This document shows, one piece after another, positions 1-10,304 of a stretch of DNA of 64,000 nt. The notes beneath the pieces were generated by a model. That model was not told where the DNA came from. It saw only the letters and a list, made by a program, of their open reading frames with translations, and did not search any database. Positions within the stretch are counted from its first letter, which is position 1, and each line of letters opens with the position of its first letter. Made by a program: the position numbers and the translations under genes. The stretch comes from Clostridia bacterium (GTDB taxonomy: Bacteria > Bacillota > Clostridia > UBA1212): the NCBI GenBank assembly GCA_017625675.1, contig JAGAKK010000030.1, positions 10,509-74,508 of the forward strand, given 5' to 3'.

Positions 1-1095
1 AAAAATCCCAGTCCGGAGGACGTTGAAAAACTATGGAATTACAAGAACAGCGATAACGATAACGTTCAAAATGAAGACCAAAAAAAGAAGCATTACAAAT
101 ATTGGTCAGATTACACAACGGACACAAGAGAATTTGTGAAAAGTCACTTCGAAAAATACGATGGAGAGAAGCTTTTGTGGAACGTTTCTATCTCTGATTT
201 TTATGTTACCGGTTATAAGGAAATCTCGGACGGTGTGATTGTTTACGGAAAAACTCCCGGATTTTCCACTGGGGAAGATTCCTATGCATGGATGACGAAA
301 TATGATATTGACGGCAATATAATATGGAAAGTCAGAATAGAAAATGGGTTTTCTGTTGAGTATATCTCCGGAGTTTTCGAAGAAAAAGACGGAGGTTATA
401 CGATATTCACCCGAGGTGACCATTCATATTTTTGTCTTAGCAGGTACACTTCGGATGGAAAGAGGGTGCATTTCAAAAAAACAGATATAGACGATAACAG
501 CTTTAGCAACATCACGCGTTTCGGTGACGGCTACCTTGCCTTGTTTTGTAACAAACTGGTAGAGGAGAAAATAGTAAAGGTGGATCGGGACGGAAATATT
601 ACTGACTCTTTTTGTTATGATTCTGAGGATTCATATTACTACGTTAACGATATGATTGAATTTGACGGAAAGATATATCTGTCGACATACGTTGTGCCCA
701 AAATGCCTCCCGAATTAGAAGGGATATTGGCAAAAACTGAACTTGCCAATGTAACGTATTATCTATGGAAAAACAATATTACTGAGATTTCAGAAGAAGA
801 ACTTACTCCTATGCTAAGGGACAATTATACTGCAATGCTTCTGGTATGTGACCCTGACGTGGGTACACCGCAGGAATTTTATTCTGTTAAGGGTTCTATA
901 GGCGGAGCGCTTACGACAGACGCTTCCGGAAATTTATTGTGGGAAGTGGAAAGCATAGCAACGTCGTATTACTCGCCGTATACAAGCTCGTATACTTTTG
1001 GCGGAACGTGTTATCTGTATCGGTATGTCTTTGATGGTACGGGAAGTTTGCTTCGTCAGGAAGAAACAGGGGAGATTACAGAGTTAAGAAGGTAA
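1..1095 (+). CDS. Hypothetical protein, 5'-truncated by the window edge; possibly a beta-propeller-like extracellular protein
   Basis: Frame 1 is open from base 1 to TAA at 1093-1095, so the ORF-track start at 136 is internal. Repeated 'D.dGn.lW'-type motifs. Confidence 0.7.
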   Translation, partial: KNPSPEDVEKLWNYKNSDNDNVQNEDQKKKHYKYWSDYTTDTREFVKSHFEKYDGEKLLWNVSISDFYVTGYKEISDGVIVYGKTPGFSTGEDSYAWMTKYDIDGNIIWKVRIENGFSVEYISGVFEEKDGGYTIFTRGDHSYFCLSRYTSDGKRVHFKKTDIDDNSFSNITRFGDGYLALFCNKLVEEKIVKVDRDGNITDSFCYDSEDSYYYVNDMIEFDGKIYLSTYVVPKMPPELEGILAKTELANVTYYLWKNNITEISEEELTPMLRDNYTAMLLVCDPDVGTPQEFYSVKGSIGGALTTDASGNLLWEVESIATSYYSPYTSSYTFGGTCYLYRYVFDGTGSLLRQEETGEITELRR

Positions 1096-1103
1096 CGGAG
1101 GAG

Positions 1104-1133
1104 GCAACAGCTCCCTCTCGGGTTCGATTCCCA
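1104..1133 (+). repeat. 30-bp motif containing a T-arm-like GGGTTCGATTCCC, copy 1
   Basis: gcaacagctccctctcgggttcgattccca matches 1357-1386 at 28/30 positions. Confidence 0.9.
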
Positions 1134-1140
1134 GAATAAA

Positions 1141-1176
1141 AAAACAGAGCTACGATGTACGTAACTCTGTTTTTTT
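1141..1176. terminator. Bidirectional terminator-like hairpin
   Basis: aaaacagag-ctacg...cgta-actctgtttt with A and T tracts on either side. Confidence 0.7.
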
Positions 1177-1197
1177 GGTGACTCCTAGGGGAATCGA
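1176..1197 (-). repeat. Exact duplicate of the 3' 22 nt of tRNA-Glu (att-like site)
   Basis: tggtgactcctaggggaatcga is identical to 1437-1458. Confidence 0.92.
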
Positions 1198-1386
1198 CCG
1201 TCTGCTTCGCCGTGAAATACAATATAGGTACGGCTTGCATACTGCCGGCTCGACGACCGCTTCATTTCATTTGCGGTACCCGTCTGCGCCTATCTGCTGC
1301 TGAAATGTATTGTTAATACATTTCGACCGCGAAGTCTACAGTTTTATTGCGGTCACGCAGCAGCTCCCTCGCGGGTTCGATTCCCA
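1198..1386. other. Non-coding, multi-hairpin insert between the two tRNA-Glu 3' ends
   Basis: Stems at 1209-1234, 1256-1277, 1302-1324 (perfect 10 bp) and 1325-1354; ctgctgc (1294-1300) pairs with gcagcag (1357-1363). Confidence 0.6.
1357..1386 (+). repeat. 30-bp T-arm-like motif, copy 2
   Basis: gcagcagctccctcgcgggttcgattccca. Confidence 0.9.
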
Positions 1387-1402
1387 AAATGTAAGTAAAA
1401 AC

Positions 1403-1436
1403 AAAAAAACCACCTTGATCGGTGGTTTTCTGTTTT
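1403..1436 (-). terminator. Intrinsic terminator of tRNA-Glu
   Basis: aaaaccacc-ttgatc-ggtggtttt hairpin with a U tract on the minus strand. Confidence 0.8.
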
Positions 1437-1511
1437 TGGTGACTCCTAGGGGAATCGAACCCCTGTTTCCGCCGTGAGAGGGCGGCGTCTTAGCCTCTTG
1501 ACCAAGGAGCC
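1437..1511 (-). tRNA. tRNA-Glu (CTC)
   Basis: Reverse complement GGCTCCTTGGTCAAGAGGCTAAGACGCCGCCCTCTCACGGCGGAAACAGGGGTTCGATTCCCCTAGGAGTCACCA folds as a cloverleaf with encoded CCA. Confidence 0.97.
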
Positions 1512-1551
1512 ATTATTTGATTTTTTCGCTTGTCAGCCAAGCGACTTGCTT

Positions 1552-1581
1552 AGTATACATTATTGTCGGGGCAGTTGTCAA
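1552..1581 (-). promoter_or_regulatory. sigmaA-type promoter for tRNA-Glu
   Basis: TTGACA-18 nt-TATACT on the minus strand with an AT-rich upstream region. Confidence 0.75.
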
Positions 1582-1639
1582 CACTTTTTTTAAAAATTTT
1601 TTATAAATTTGTCAGGCGTGTGTCAGGGTTGTGTCTGTG

Positions 1640-1703
1640 TGTGTCAGGGGGCAGGTCACTGTCACGAAATGAAAAACGTGACAGTGACCTGCCCCCTGAC
1701 ACA
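1640..1703. repeat. Perfect 27-bp inverted repeat (REPIN-like doublet)
   Basis: tgtgtcagggggcaggtcactgtcacg, 10-nt loop, then the exact reverse complement. Confidence 0.9.
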
Positions 1704-1709
1704 TCGTGC

Positions 1710-1738
1710 TTGAAAACAAGTAATATAAGTGGTAAAAT
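1710..1738 (+). promoter_or_regulatory. sigmaA-type promoter for nadE
   Basis: TTGAAA-17 nt-TAAAAT with extended -10 TG. Confidence 0.65.
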
Positions 1739-1781
1739 TAAAATGTTATTTGAACTTAATACTTCTAAGAGGGGATAAATT

Positions 1782-2513
1782 ATGTTTGATGTAAATAAAA
1801 TAAAAAATGATTGCGTGCAGTGGATCAGAGACTTTTTTGAAGAGAACGGCAAGGGATGTAATGCCGTTATCGGTATTTCCGGCGGAAAGGACAGTTCCAT
1901 TGCTGCGGCCCTTTGCGTGGAGGCTCTTGGCAAGGATCGCGTTATCGGCGTGTTGATGCCTTTCGGCGAGCAGCACGATATTGACATGGCATATTTGCTT
2001 GTAAATCATCTGGGTATTAAACATTACGTTGTTAATATAAAGGATGCAATGGACGGCATTCTGGGCAGTTTCCCGGAGGAGTTGCCGTTGTCTGTTCAGG
2101 CAAAGACTAATTTGCCCCCGCGAATCAGAATGTCTACTTTGTATGCTGTTTCTCAGAGCGTTAACGGCAGAGTGGTGAATACTTGTAATCTTTCCGAGGA
2201 TTGGGTAGGGTACTCCACCCGTTACGGCGACGCGGCAGGCGATTTCAGTCCTCTTTGCAATCTGACTGTTGCGGAGATAAAGCAGATAGGAAGGGTTCTG
2301 GGTCTTCCTGACGTTCTTGTTGACAAGGTGCCCATTGATGGCCTTTGCGGAAAGACTGACGAGGACAATTTAGGCTTTACTTATGCAGAGCTTGACCGCT
2401 ATATAAGGACCGGCGAGATTGATGACCTTGAGAAAAAGGCAAGGATTGACAGACTGCACAAAATGAATCTTTTTAAGCTGCAGATGATGCCGGGGTTTAA
2501 ACCCGAAATTTAA
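1782..2513 (+). CDS. nadE: NH3-dependent NAD+ synthetase
   Basis: SGGKDS PP-loop, R(I)RM..LY, GYSTRYGD and TDED.LG motifs; no glutaminase domain. Confidence 0.92.
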   Translation: MFDVNKIKNDCVQWIRDFFEENGKGCNAVIGISGGKDSSIAAALCVEALGKDRVIGVLMPFGEQHDIDMAYLLVNHLGIKHYVVNIKDAMDGILGSFPEELPLSVQAKTNLPPRIRMSTLYAVSQSVNGRVVNTCNLSEDWVGYSTRYGDAAGDFSPLCNLTVAEIKQIGRVLGLPDVLVDKVPIDGLCGKTDEDNLGFTYAELDRYIRTGEIDDLEKKARIDRLHKMNLFKLQMMPGFKPEI

Positions 2514-2558
2514 ACACTCAAATGTTCGATAATTGCAAAGAAATATTCGAAAAAATGC

Positions 2559-2587
2559 TTGATAAATTCTCGTTGGTGTGGTAGAAT
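2559..2587 (+). promoter_or_regulatory. sigmaA-type promoter for uvrB
   Basis: TTGATA-17 nt-TAGAAT with extended TG. Confidence 0.6.
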
Positions 2588-2639
2588 AACTACATTGACG
2601 AGAATTTCGCAGTTGAGAGGAAAGGACGTAGGTTTCGGG

Positions 2640-4751
2640 ATGGATCATTTTAAATTAGTATCTGAATATCAGCCCACGGGAGATCAGCCTCAGGCTATTG
2701 AAACCTTGGCGCGTGGTGTGCTGGCAGGAGAAAAATGTCAGACCCTTCTGGGTGTTACAGGCTCCGGAAAGACTTTTACCATGGCGAACGTTATTGCGAA
2801 GGTGAATAAGCCTACGTTGGTGCTTGCGCATAATAAGACTCTGGCAGCCCAGCTTTGTACGGAGCTTCGTGAGTTCTTTCCTGAGAATGCGGTGGAGTAT
2901 TTTGTTTCCTACTACGACTATTATCAGCCGGAGGCGTATATTGCGTCTTCTGATACTTACATTGAGAAAAACTCTCAGATAAATGAAGAGATTGACAGAT
3001 TGAGGCACTCCGCTACTGCGGCGTTGTTTGAAAGGCGAGATGTCATTATCGTAGCCAGTGTTTCCTGTATTTACGGTCTGGGCGATCCTGAAGATTACAC
3101 CGACCTTATGCTTTCTTTGCGTATCGGAATGGAGAAAGACCGTGACGAGATAATTGACAAGCTTGTTTCTATCAGGTACGAGAGAAATGATATGTCCTTG
3201 GAGAGAAATTGTTTCCGCGTGCGCGGTGATACCCTGGAGCTTATACCCTCGGATATGAATAACCATTTTATACGCGTGGAGTTCTGGGGAGATGAGATAG
3301 AGAAGATTACTGAGATAGATGCGGTTACCGGAGAGATATACGGAATCAGAAATCACGTTGCAGTTTTCCCTGCGTCCCACTATGCCACTACGAATGAGAA
3401 GTTGCTGGCGGCTACTGAAGAAATTCTTGCTGATATGGAGAAGCAGGTGGATATGTTTAATGCACAGGGGAAGCTTCTTGAGGCTTATCGTATTGAGCAA
3501 CGCACCCGTATGGATGTGGAGCTGATGCGTGAAACAGGCTTTTGCCAGGGCATTGAGAATTATTCCAGATATATAAGCGGCAGAGCGCCGGGGACACCTC
3601 CTTATACGCTTCTTGACTATTTCCCTGATGATTTTCTGCTGATGATTGATGAGTCCCACGTTACCGTGCCACAGGTAAGGGCTATGTATAATGGTGACCG
3701 CGCCAGAAAGACGTCCCTTGTGGAATATGGTTTCAGGTTGCCCTCTGCTTTTGATAACAGACCTCTTAATTTTGAAGAATTTGAGTCTAAGCTGAATCAG
3801 GTTATTTACGTAAGTGCTACGCCTGCAGAATACGAGCGGAAAAGGTCCTCCCAGGTGGCAGAGCAGATAATCAGGCCTACCGGATTGTTAGACCCTGAGG
3901 TGGTTGTAAGGCCCGTTGCGAATCAGGTGGACGATCTGGTTGATGAGATACGAAAATGTGTGGACAAGAATACCCGTGTATTGGTGACCACTCTCACTAA
4001 AAAAATGGCGGAGAGCCTTACGGAGTATCTTGAAAAAATGAATATTAAGGTGCGCTATCTGCACTCCGACGTGCATACCATTGAGCGAATGGAGATCATA
4101 AGAGACCTGCGTTTAGGCGTTTTTGACGTGCTGGTGGGTATTAACCTTCTGAGGGAGGGTCTTGATATTCCCGAAGTTTCTCTGGTGGCGGTGCTGGACG
4201 CTGACAAGGAAGGTTTCCTGCGTTCTGAAACGTCACTTATTCAGACTATTGGCCGTGCGGCGAGAAATGCCGAGGGCAGAGTAATTATGTATGCAGATAC
4301 CATTACAGATTCCTTGAAAAGGGCGATGGACGAAACCTTCCGGAGAAGGTCTATACAGGACGAGTATAATAAGGCTCATGGTATTGTGCCGAAGACGATT
4401 AAAAAAGATGTGCTCGAAATAATAGAGTCCCTTAAATCGGATGATGATTCCAAGAAGGGCGGCAATAAGAAAGGTGGCCGTGGCAAGGGATATGCGGCAG
4501 GTGGCCTTACCGATTTTGTGGGCAATGCAGGACACCAGGGTCTTGGAGAAAATGCTCCTCGTAGGACGCTTGGTGTTCTTTACGAGCAGGCAAAGCGTTT
4601 TGTGCCGGGCCTTGATGAAGGTGTTGAGCCTTATGTGGCGGCGGACCTTCTGAGAAATGCAATGGTGGCATATTCTGCGGAGATGGAGTTTGAAAAAGCA
4701 GCCAAGGCCCGTGACCTGATGCGTGAGTTTGAAAAATTGGCGCTTATGTAA
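2640..4751 (+). CDS. uvrB: Excinuclease ABC subunit B
   Basis: [18 protein letters not shown] beta-hairpin, DESH and C-terminal UVR 'FEKAAK.RD'; start moved to ATG 2640. Confidence 0.97.
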   Translation: MDHFKLVSEYQPTGDQPQAIETLARGVLAGEKCQTLLGVTGSGKTFTMANVIAKVNKPTLVLAHNKTLAAQLCTELREFFPENAVEYFVSYYDYYQPEAYIASSDTYIEKNSQINEEIDRLRHSATAALFERRDVIIVASVSCIYGLGDPEDYTDLMLSLRIGMEKDRDEIIDKLVSIRYERNDMSLERNCFRVRGDTLELIPSDMNNHFIRVEFWGDEIEKITEIDAVTGEIYGIRNHVAVFPASHYATTNEKLLAATEEILADMEKQVDMFNAQGKLLEAYRIEQRTRMDVELMRETGFCQGIENYSRYISGRAPGTPPYTLLDYFPDDFLLMIDESHVTVPQVRAMYNGDRARKTSLVEYGFRLPSAFDNRPLNFEEFESKLNQVIYVSATPAEYERKRSSQVAEQIIRPTGLLDPEVVVRPVANQVDDLVDEIRKCVDKNTRVLVTTLTKKMAESLTEYLEKMNIKVRYLHSDVHTIERMEIIRDLRLGVFDVLVGINLLREGLDIPEVSLVAVLDADKEGFLRSETSLIQTIGRAARNAEGRVIMYADTITDSLKRAMDETFRRRSIQDEYNKAHGIVPKTIKKDVLEIIESLKSDDDSKKGGNKKGGRGKGYAAGGLTDFVGNAGHQGLGENAPRRTLGVLYEQAKRFVPGLDEGVEPYVAADLLRNAMVAYSAEMEFEKAAKARDLMREFEKLALM

Positions 4752-4847
4752 ATTTATTTTAAAAAATTGAAGGTAATTTCAATAAACGTGTGGTAAAATA
4801 GAAAGACGGTCAGAAAATGACTGCTTATAATACGGAGTTTGGTTTGT

Positions 4848-7652
4848 ATGATAGATAAGATTATTATTAAAGGCGCAAGAGAAAACAACTTGAAAAATAT
4901 TGACGTTACTATTCCCAGAGATAAGCTGGTGGTGCTCACCGGTGTGTCAGGTTCGGGAAAGTCATCCCTTGCCTTTGAAACCATATACGCAGAGGGTCAG
5001 AGACGATATATAGAGTCCTTGTCCTCCTATGCCCGTATGTTTTTGGGACAGATGGAAAAGCCTGACGTAGATACCATTGACGGCCTTTCTCCTGCAATCT
5101 CTATTGACCAGAAGACTACGTCGAAAAATCCTCGTTCTACAGTGGGTACAGTTACTGAAATATATGATTATCTGAGACTTTTGTATGCAAGGGTAGGCAT
5201 ACCTCATTGCCCGAAGTGCGGAAAACCTATCTCTGCCCAGACGGTGGATCAGATGACAGATACTATTTTAAAATACCCCGAGGGGACGAAGATGCAGTTG
5301 CTGGCGCCTGTAGTCAGGGGCAGAAAAGGGGAGTATGCGAAGCTTTTTGAATCGCTGAGAAAATCCGGCTATGCAAGGGTGAACGTTGACGGGATAACCT
5401 ACGACCTTAGTGAGAAGATACCCCTTGAGAAGAATAAAAAACATACCATTGACGTAGTTGTGGATCGTATTGTAGTAAAAGAGGGGATAGGAAGGCGTGT
5501 TACGGACTCTCTTGAAACTATCCTTTCGTTAGCAGAGGGCCTTGCGAAGATAGAAGTTAAAGGGGAGGAGCCTGTTATTTTCAGCCAGAATTATGCCTGC
5601 ATTGATTGCGGCATAAGTATTCCTGAGGCAGCGCCCAGAATGTTTTCTTTTAACAATCCCTACGGCGCTTGTCCTAAGTGTACAGGCCTTGGAACTGTTA
5701 CTCAGTTTGATATTGACCTTGTAATTCCGGACAAGACCAAATCCATTAACGAGGGCGCTATAAAGGTGATGGGCTTTGGCTCTTCGGACAGTTATTCTAA
5801 TTCAAAGATTGCAGGCATAGGAGAGCAATTCGGTTTTACTCTTGATACACCGTTTGAGGATATTCCGGAAGAGGCCAAGCAGATCATTCTCTACGGTTCC
5901 GGCGATGAAAAGGTGCTGTTTCACTTTGACGGCGGTACTTACGCACATGCATATTCCGGTGTTATGAATATTATAGAGAGGCGCTATCAGGAAACTACTT
6001 CCGAGCTTATGAAACAGCATTACGACAGTCTCAGAAGCACAAGACCTTGTGAGGAGTGCAAATGTAAACGATTGAGACCTGAGAGCCTTGCTTTTAAGTT
6101 TGGTGGAAAAGACATAATTGAACTGACGGAAATGTCTATTGACAAGGTAGCTCCGTTCATTGACAGTGTGGAGCTCAGCGATATGAACAAGAGGATTGCG
6201 GCGCCCATAATAAAGGAAATCAAGGCAAGGACAGGCTTCCTTGTGTCAGTAGGTCTTGACTATATTACGCTGGCAAGATCCAGCGGTACGTTGTCTGGCG
6301 GTGAGTCACAAAGAATTAGATTGGCGACCCAGATTGGCTCAGGACTTACAGGCGTTTTGTATATTCTTGATGAACCCAGCATTGGTCTTCATCAGAGGGA
6401 CAATGATAAACTTATAGGGACGCTTAAGCATCTTCGTGACCTTGGAAACACGCTTATAGTGGTGGAGCACGACGAGGATACTATGCGCGCTTCTGACTAT
6501 GTGGTGGATATTGGCCCGGGTGCAGGGGTGCACGGAGGAAAGATTGTTGCGGCAGGTACTCCCGAGGAAATTATGGAAAATGACGATTCTCTGACAGGTC
6601 TGTACCTTTCCGGAAAGCTCAGCATTCCCGTCCCAGAAACGAGGAGAACAGGCAACGGAAAATACCTTACCGTGAGAGGCGCCGCTGAAAACAATTTAAA
6701 GAATATTGACGTGTCATTTCCCTTAGGAACGTTTACCTGCGTAACCGGAGTGTCCGGCTCAGGAAAAAGCTCCCTTGTAAATCAGATACTAAGCCGCGAA
6801 CTGTCAAACAGACTTAACGGCGCAAAGCAAAAGGGCGGAAAGTGTGACGGTATTGAAGGTGTGGAATATCTGGACAAGATCATTGAGATTGACCAGTCGC
6901 CCATCGGAAGGACGCCCAGATCGAATCCTGCTACGTATACAGGCGTGTTTGACATGATAAGAGATCTTTTTGCAATGACGCCTGAGAGCCGTGCAAAGGG
7001 CTATAAAAGCGGAAGATTCAGCTTTAATATAAAGGGCGGAAGATGTGAAGCATGTTCCGGTGACGGTATTCTGAAAATTCCTATGCATTTTCTCCCTGAC
7101 ATCTGCGTGCCTTGTGACGTGTGTAAAGGCGCGAGATATAATAGGGAAACGTTGGCGGTGCATTATAAGGGAAAATCAATTGCCGACGTGCTGGATATGA
7201 CAATTGATGAGGCAAACATCTTTTTTGCAGATCTTCCCAGAATCAAGAGGAAAATACAGACTCTGTCGGAAGTCGGCCTTGGGTATATAAAGTTAGGGCA
7301 GCCTTCTACGATGCTTTCAGGCGGAGAGGCGCAGAGAGTGAAAATTGCCACGGAGTTGTCAAGGAAGAATACGGGCAAGACAGTTTACGTTTTAGACGAG
7401 CCCACCACGGGACTGCATACCGATGACGTAAAGAAGCTTGTGGGAATACTGCAGCGTCTTACGGAGGGCGGAAATACAGTCATTGTTATAGAGCATAATC
7501 TTGACATAATTAAGTCTTCGGATTATATTATAGATTTAGGACCTGAGGGTGGCGACAAGGGCGGCAGAATTGTTGTTCAGGGCACTCCTGAGGAGGTTGC
7601 GAAATGCGCGAAGTCCTATACGGGACAGTATTTAAAAGGACTTCTTAAATAA
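4848..7652 (+). CDS. uvrA: Excinuclease ABC subunit A
   Basis: Two GVSGSGKS Walker A motifs, two LSGGE signatures and zinc fingers; start at ATG 4848. Confidence 0.97.
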   Translation: MIDKIIIKGARENNLKNIDVTIPRDKLVVLTGVSGSGKSSLAFETIYAEGQRRYIESLSSYARMFLGQMEKPDVDTIDGLSPAISIDQKTTSKNPRSTVGTVTEIYDYLRLLYARVGIPHCPKCGKPISAQTVDQMTDTILKYPEGTKMQLLAPVVRGRKGEYAKLFESLRKSGYARVNVDGITYDLSEKIPLEKNKKHTIDVVVDRIVVKEGIGRRVTDSLETILSLAEGLAKIEVKGEEPVIFSQNYACIDCGISIPEAAPRMFSFNNPYGACPKCTGLGTVTQFDIDLVIPDKTKSINEGAIKVMGFGSSDSYSNSKIAGIGEQFGFTLDTPFEDIPEEAKQIILYGSGDEKVLFHFDGGTYAHAYSGVMNIIERRYQETTSELMKQHYDSLRSTRPCEECKCKRLRPESLAFKFGGKDIIELTEMSIDKVAPFIDSVELSDMNKRIAAPIIKEIKARTGFLVSVGLDYITLARSSGTLSGGESQRIRLATQIGSGLTGVLYILDEPSIGLHQRDNDKLIGTLKHLRDLGNTLIVVEHDEDTMRASDYVVDIGPGAGVHGGKIVAAGTPEEIMENDDSLTGLYLSGKLSIPVPETRRTGNGKYLTVRGAAENNLKNIDVSFPLGTFTCVTGVSGSGKSSLVNQILSRELSNRLNGAKQKGGKCDGIEGVEYLDKIIEIDQSPIGRTPRSNPATYTGVFDMIRDLFAMTPESRAKGYKSGRFSFNIKGGRCEACSGDGILKIPMHFLPDICVPCDVCKGARYNRETLAVHYKGKSIADVLDMTIDEANIFFADLPRIKRKIQTLSEVGLGYIKLGQPSTMLSGGEAQRVKIATELSRKNTGKTVYVLDEPTTGLHTDDVKKLVGILQRLTEGGNTVIVIEHNLDIIKSSDYIIDLGPEGGDKGGRIVVQGTPEEVAKCAKSYTGQYLKGLLK

Positions 7653-7666
7653 CGGAGGAAAAAATA

Positions 7667-10267
7667 ATGGCAGAAGCAGATCTTTGTGCAATTTGCGGAA
7701 AGCGCAGAGCAAGTGTTTTTATCACGCAGGTAGACCAGACGGGAACACCTATCAGCAAGAATATTTGTCTTGTATGCGCGAACCGTATGGGATTGCCACA
7801 GATAAACGATATAATGAAGAAAATGGGTATTACACCTGAGGCGTTGGAGCAATTGTCCGATGACCTTGATGCAATGCTTGACGATGCAGAGAACAGCGAG
7901 GACGGAATGGAAGGTCTTTTGGAGTCTGCTCAGGAAGAATTGTCTGCGTTGCAGGAAACAGGCGGCCTTGAGGCTCTTTCTGAAGTGTTCCCGGGACTTG
8001 CCCAGGAGAAGAATGAAACCGAAAACGAGCCCACCGATCCTTCAGTACAGGAGTCGTCTGACGTTCAGAAAGACAATGACGGAGAGGGAAAGGATGCCGA
8101 AAGCAGAAAGTCTGCCACGAACACACCTAATTTCTTTGATTTCCTGAGAAATGCAGGGTTTATGTTTGGTGCGCCGGGAGGGCCTCGTCCGCAAGCACCT
8201 CGCGGTCAGAACGGCGGTGGAAACAGACAGGGTATGCCTTCTGAAAAGCAAGGGGCGAAAGGAAAAAAAGAAAAAGCGCCCCAGCTTAAATTCCTTTCTC
8301 AATACGGAATCAATCTTAACGAAAAGGCTGAAAAAGGCCTTATTGACAACGTTGTAGGACGAAACAGAGAAATTGAGAGAGTTATTCAGATACTGAATAG
8401 AAGAACAAAGAATAATCCTGCCCTTATCGGAGAGCCCGGTGTGGGAAAGACTGCCATTGCCGAAGGTCTGGCGCTGAGAATTCAGAGAAAAGAAGTTCCT
8501 TACAAGCTCCAGGATAAGATTGTTATTCTTCTTGATCTTACTGCCATGGTTGCAGGTACACAATTCAGAGGCCAGTTTGAGGGCAGAATGAAGGGTGTAA
8601 TTGACGAGGTGAAGAAAGCAGGAAACATTATTCTTGTAATCGACGAGGTTCACAATATTATGGGCGCAGGAGAGGCTGAGGGGTCTCTTAATGCTGCCAA
8701 TATTTTAAAGCCTGCCCTTTCAAGAGGCGAGATACAGGTGGTGGGAGCGACTACCCTCAAGGAATACCGCAAATATATTGAGAAAGACGGCGCTCTGGAG
8801 AGACGTTTTCAGCCGGTAATGGTTGAAGAGCCTACTATTCAGGAGGCAATTGAAATTCTTAAGGGTATCAAGCGTCACTACGAGGAGTATCACTTCGTAA
8901 GATTTAACGACGAGATTATTGAAGCGGCGGTAAGGCTGTCTGAAAGATATATTACCGACAGATTTTTGCCGGATAAAGCCATTGACGTAATTGATGAGGC
9001 TGCTGCCAGAGCAAATCTCAGAAATAACGTGTTGGTTCAGATAGAAGAAAAGAAAAAGCTTCTTGATGAAGAAAAAGCGAAGCTCAGCCGCATTGAAGCG
9101 GAGGGTGGCGTAAATAACGACTCTGCCGTTGTGTCTGCAGACGAAAATGCTGCGAAGGCAGAAGAGGATGCTCGTATCGAACATTTTAAGAAAATTGCCG
9201 ACCAAAAGAGCAATATTGCCAGAATTGAACAGGAGCTTTCAGAACTGGAAGAAAACAAGTATGTGAACATTATATATGACGATATTGCAAAGGTTATAGA
9301 GGTCTGGACAGGTATTCCCATAAAGATGATTACCGAGGAAGAGGCAGAGAGACTTCTTAAACTTGACGACAGACTTAAAGAAAAAGTAATCGGTCAGGAC
9401 AGAGCTGTGGATGCTGTATCAAAAGCAATCAGAAGAAATCGTTCCGGCTTCAGAAAGCGCTTTAAGCCTTCATCCTTTATCTTTGCAGGACCTACGGGCG
9501 TTGGTAAGACTGAGCTTGTAAAACAGCTTACTATAGAGCTTTTTGGAAATATTGATTCTCTCATAAGGCTTGATATGTCGGAGTATATGGAGAAGCACAC
9601 CGTTTCAAAGCTTATCGGTTCTCCTCCAGGATACGTAGGATACGATGAGGCAGGTCAGCTTACCGAAAAGGTCAGAAGACATCCTTATTCAGTAATTCTT
9701 TTTGATGAAATTGAAAAAGCACATTCCGACGTGTTCAATATGCTGTTGCAGATACTTGACGACGGAAGACTTACCGACAGTCAGGGCAGAGTTGTAAACT
9801 TTGAGAACACGGTTATTATCCTTACCACCAATGCTTACGGAAAGACCGGCAAGGCTACGCTGGGCTTTGGCGGAGAGGATGACAGCCTGGACGCTACAGA
9901 GGCAGATGCCGTTGCAGCACTTAAAAAGGTGTTCAGACCGGAGTTTTTGAACCGAGTTGACGAGATTGTCGTGTTTGAAACACTTAAGAGAGAGTCTTTG
10001 CTTAAAATCACAAGACTTATGCTTAAAGAAGTTGAGAGTGAGTGTATGTCGAGAGGTATTAAGCTTTCTGTGACAGACGCGGCTGTTGAGCTGATGACTG
10101 ACAACGGTTATGACGCGGAGTACGGCGCAAGGCCTCTCAGAAGATATATTCAGAGAAATATTGAAGACGAACTTGCAGAGAAACAGCTTATGGGCCTTCT
10201 GGAAGGTTGCAAAGTAATAGTTGTTGATGCCAAGGACGGAAAACTTGATATTACCATTGAAAAATAA
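7667..10267 (+). CDS. Clp/Hsp100 ATPase with N-terminal C4 zinc finger (ClpE-like, ClpC family)
   Basis: [16 protein letters not shown] and GSPPGYVG; N-terminal CxxC...CxxC in place of Clp-N repeats. Confidence 0.9.
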   Translation: MAEADLCAICGKRRASVFITQVDQTGTPISKNICLVCANRMGLPQINDIMKKMGITPEALEQLSDDLDAMLDDAENSEDGMEGLLESAQEELSALQETGGLEALSEVFPGLAQEKNETENEPTDPSVQESSDVQKDNDGEGKDAESRKSATNTPNFFDFLRNAGFMFGAPGGPRPQAPRGQNGGGNRQGMPSEKQGAKGKKEKAPQLKFLSQYGINLNEKAEKGLIDNVVGRNREIERVIQILNRRTKNNPALIGEPGVGKTAIAEGLALRIQRKEVPYKLQDKIVILLDLTAMVAGTQFRGQFEGRMKGVIDEVKKAGNIILVIDEVHNIMGAGEAEGSLNAANILKPALSRGEIQVVGATTLKEYRKYIEKDGALERRFQPVMVEEPTIQEAIEILKGIKRHYEEYHFVRFNDEIIEAAVRLSERYITDRFLPDKAIDVIDEAAARANLRNNVLVQIEEKKKLLDEEKAKLSRIEAEGGVNNDSAVVSADENAAKAEEDARIEHFKKIADQKSNIARIEQELSELEENKYVNIIYDDIAKVIEVWTGIPIKMITEEEAERLLKLDDRLKEKVIGQDRAVDAVSKAIRRNRSGFRKRFKPSSFIFAGPTGVGKTELVKQLTIELFGNIDSLIRLDMSEYMEKHTVSKLIGSPPGYVGYDEAGQLTEKVRRHPYSVILFDEIEKAHSDVFNMLLQILDDGRLTDSQGRVVNFENTVIILTTNAYGKTGKATLGFGGEDDSLDATEADAVAALKKVFRPEFLNRVDEIVVFETLKRESLLKITRLMLKEVESECMSRGIKLSVTDAAVELMTDNGYDAEYGARPLRRYIQRNIEDELAEKQLMGLLEGCKVIVVDAKDGKLDITIEK

Positions 10268-10304
10268 GTGAAAAGAAGTACTTATCAGAAAGCAGGTTGA
10301 TTTT

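Noticed and set aside
1104-1133. Possible plus-strand tRNA because of GGTTCGATTCC
   Set aside because: No acceptor, D or anticodon arms can be formed; only the T-loop motif is present.
1104-1458. CRISPR-like repeat spacing
   Set aside because: Only two copies, about 255-260 bp apart, tRNA-derived, and no cas genes.
1563-1987. ORFs 1563-1778 (+) and 1601-1987 (-) sharing the peptide SGGRSLSR...RDSDLPPDT
   Set aside because: Artefact of the DNA palindrome at 1640-1703 reading the same on both strands; they overlap promoters and nadE.
2512-2552. Possible LexA box upstream of uvrB (aaatgttcga, aatattcga)
   Set aside because: Only half-sites; no GAAC-N4-GTTC palindrome.
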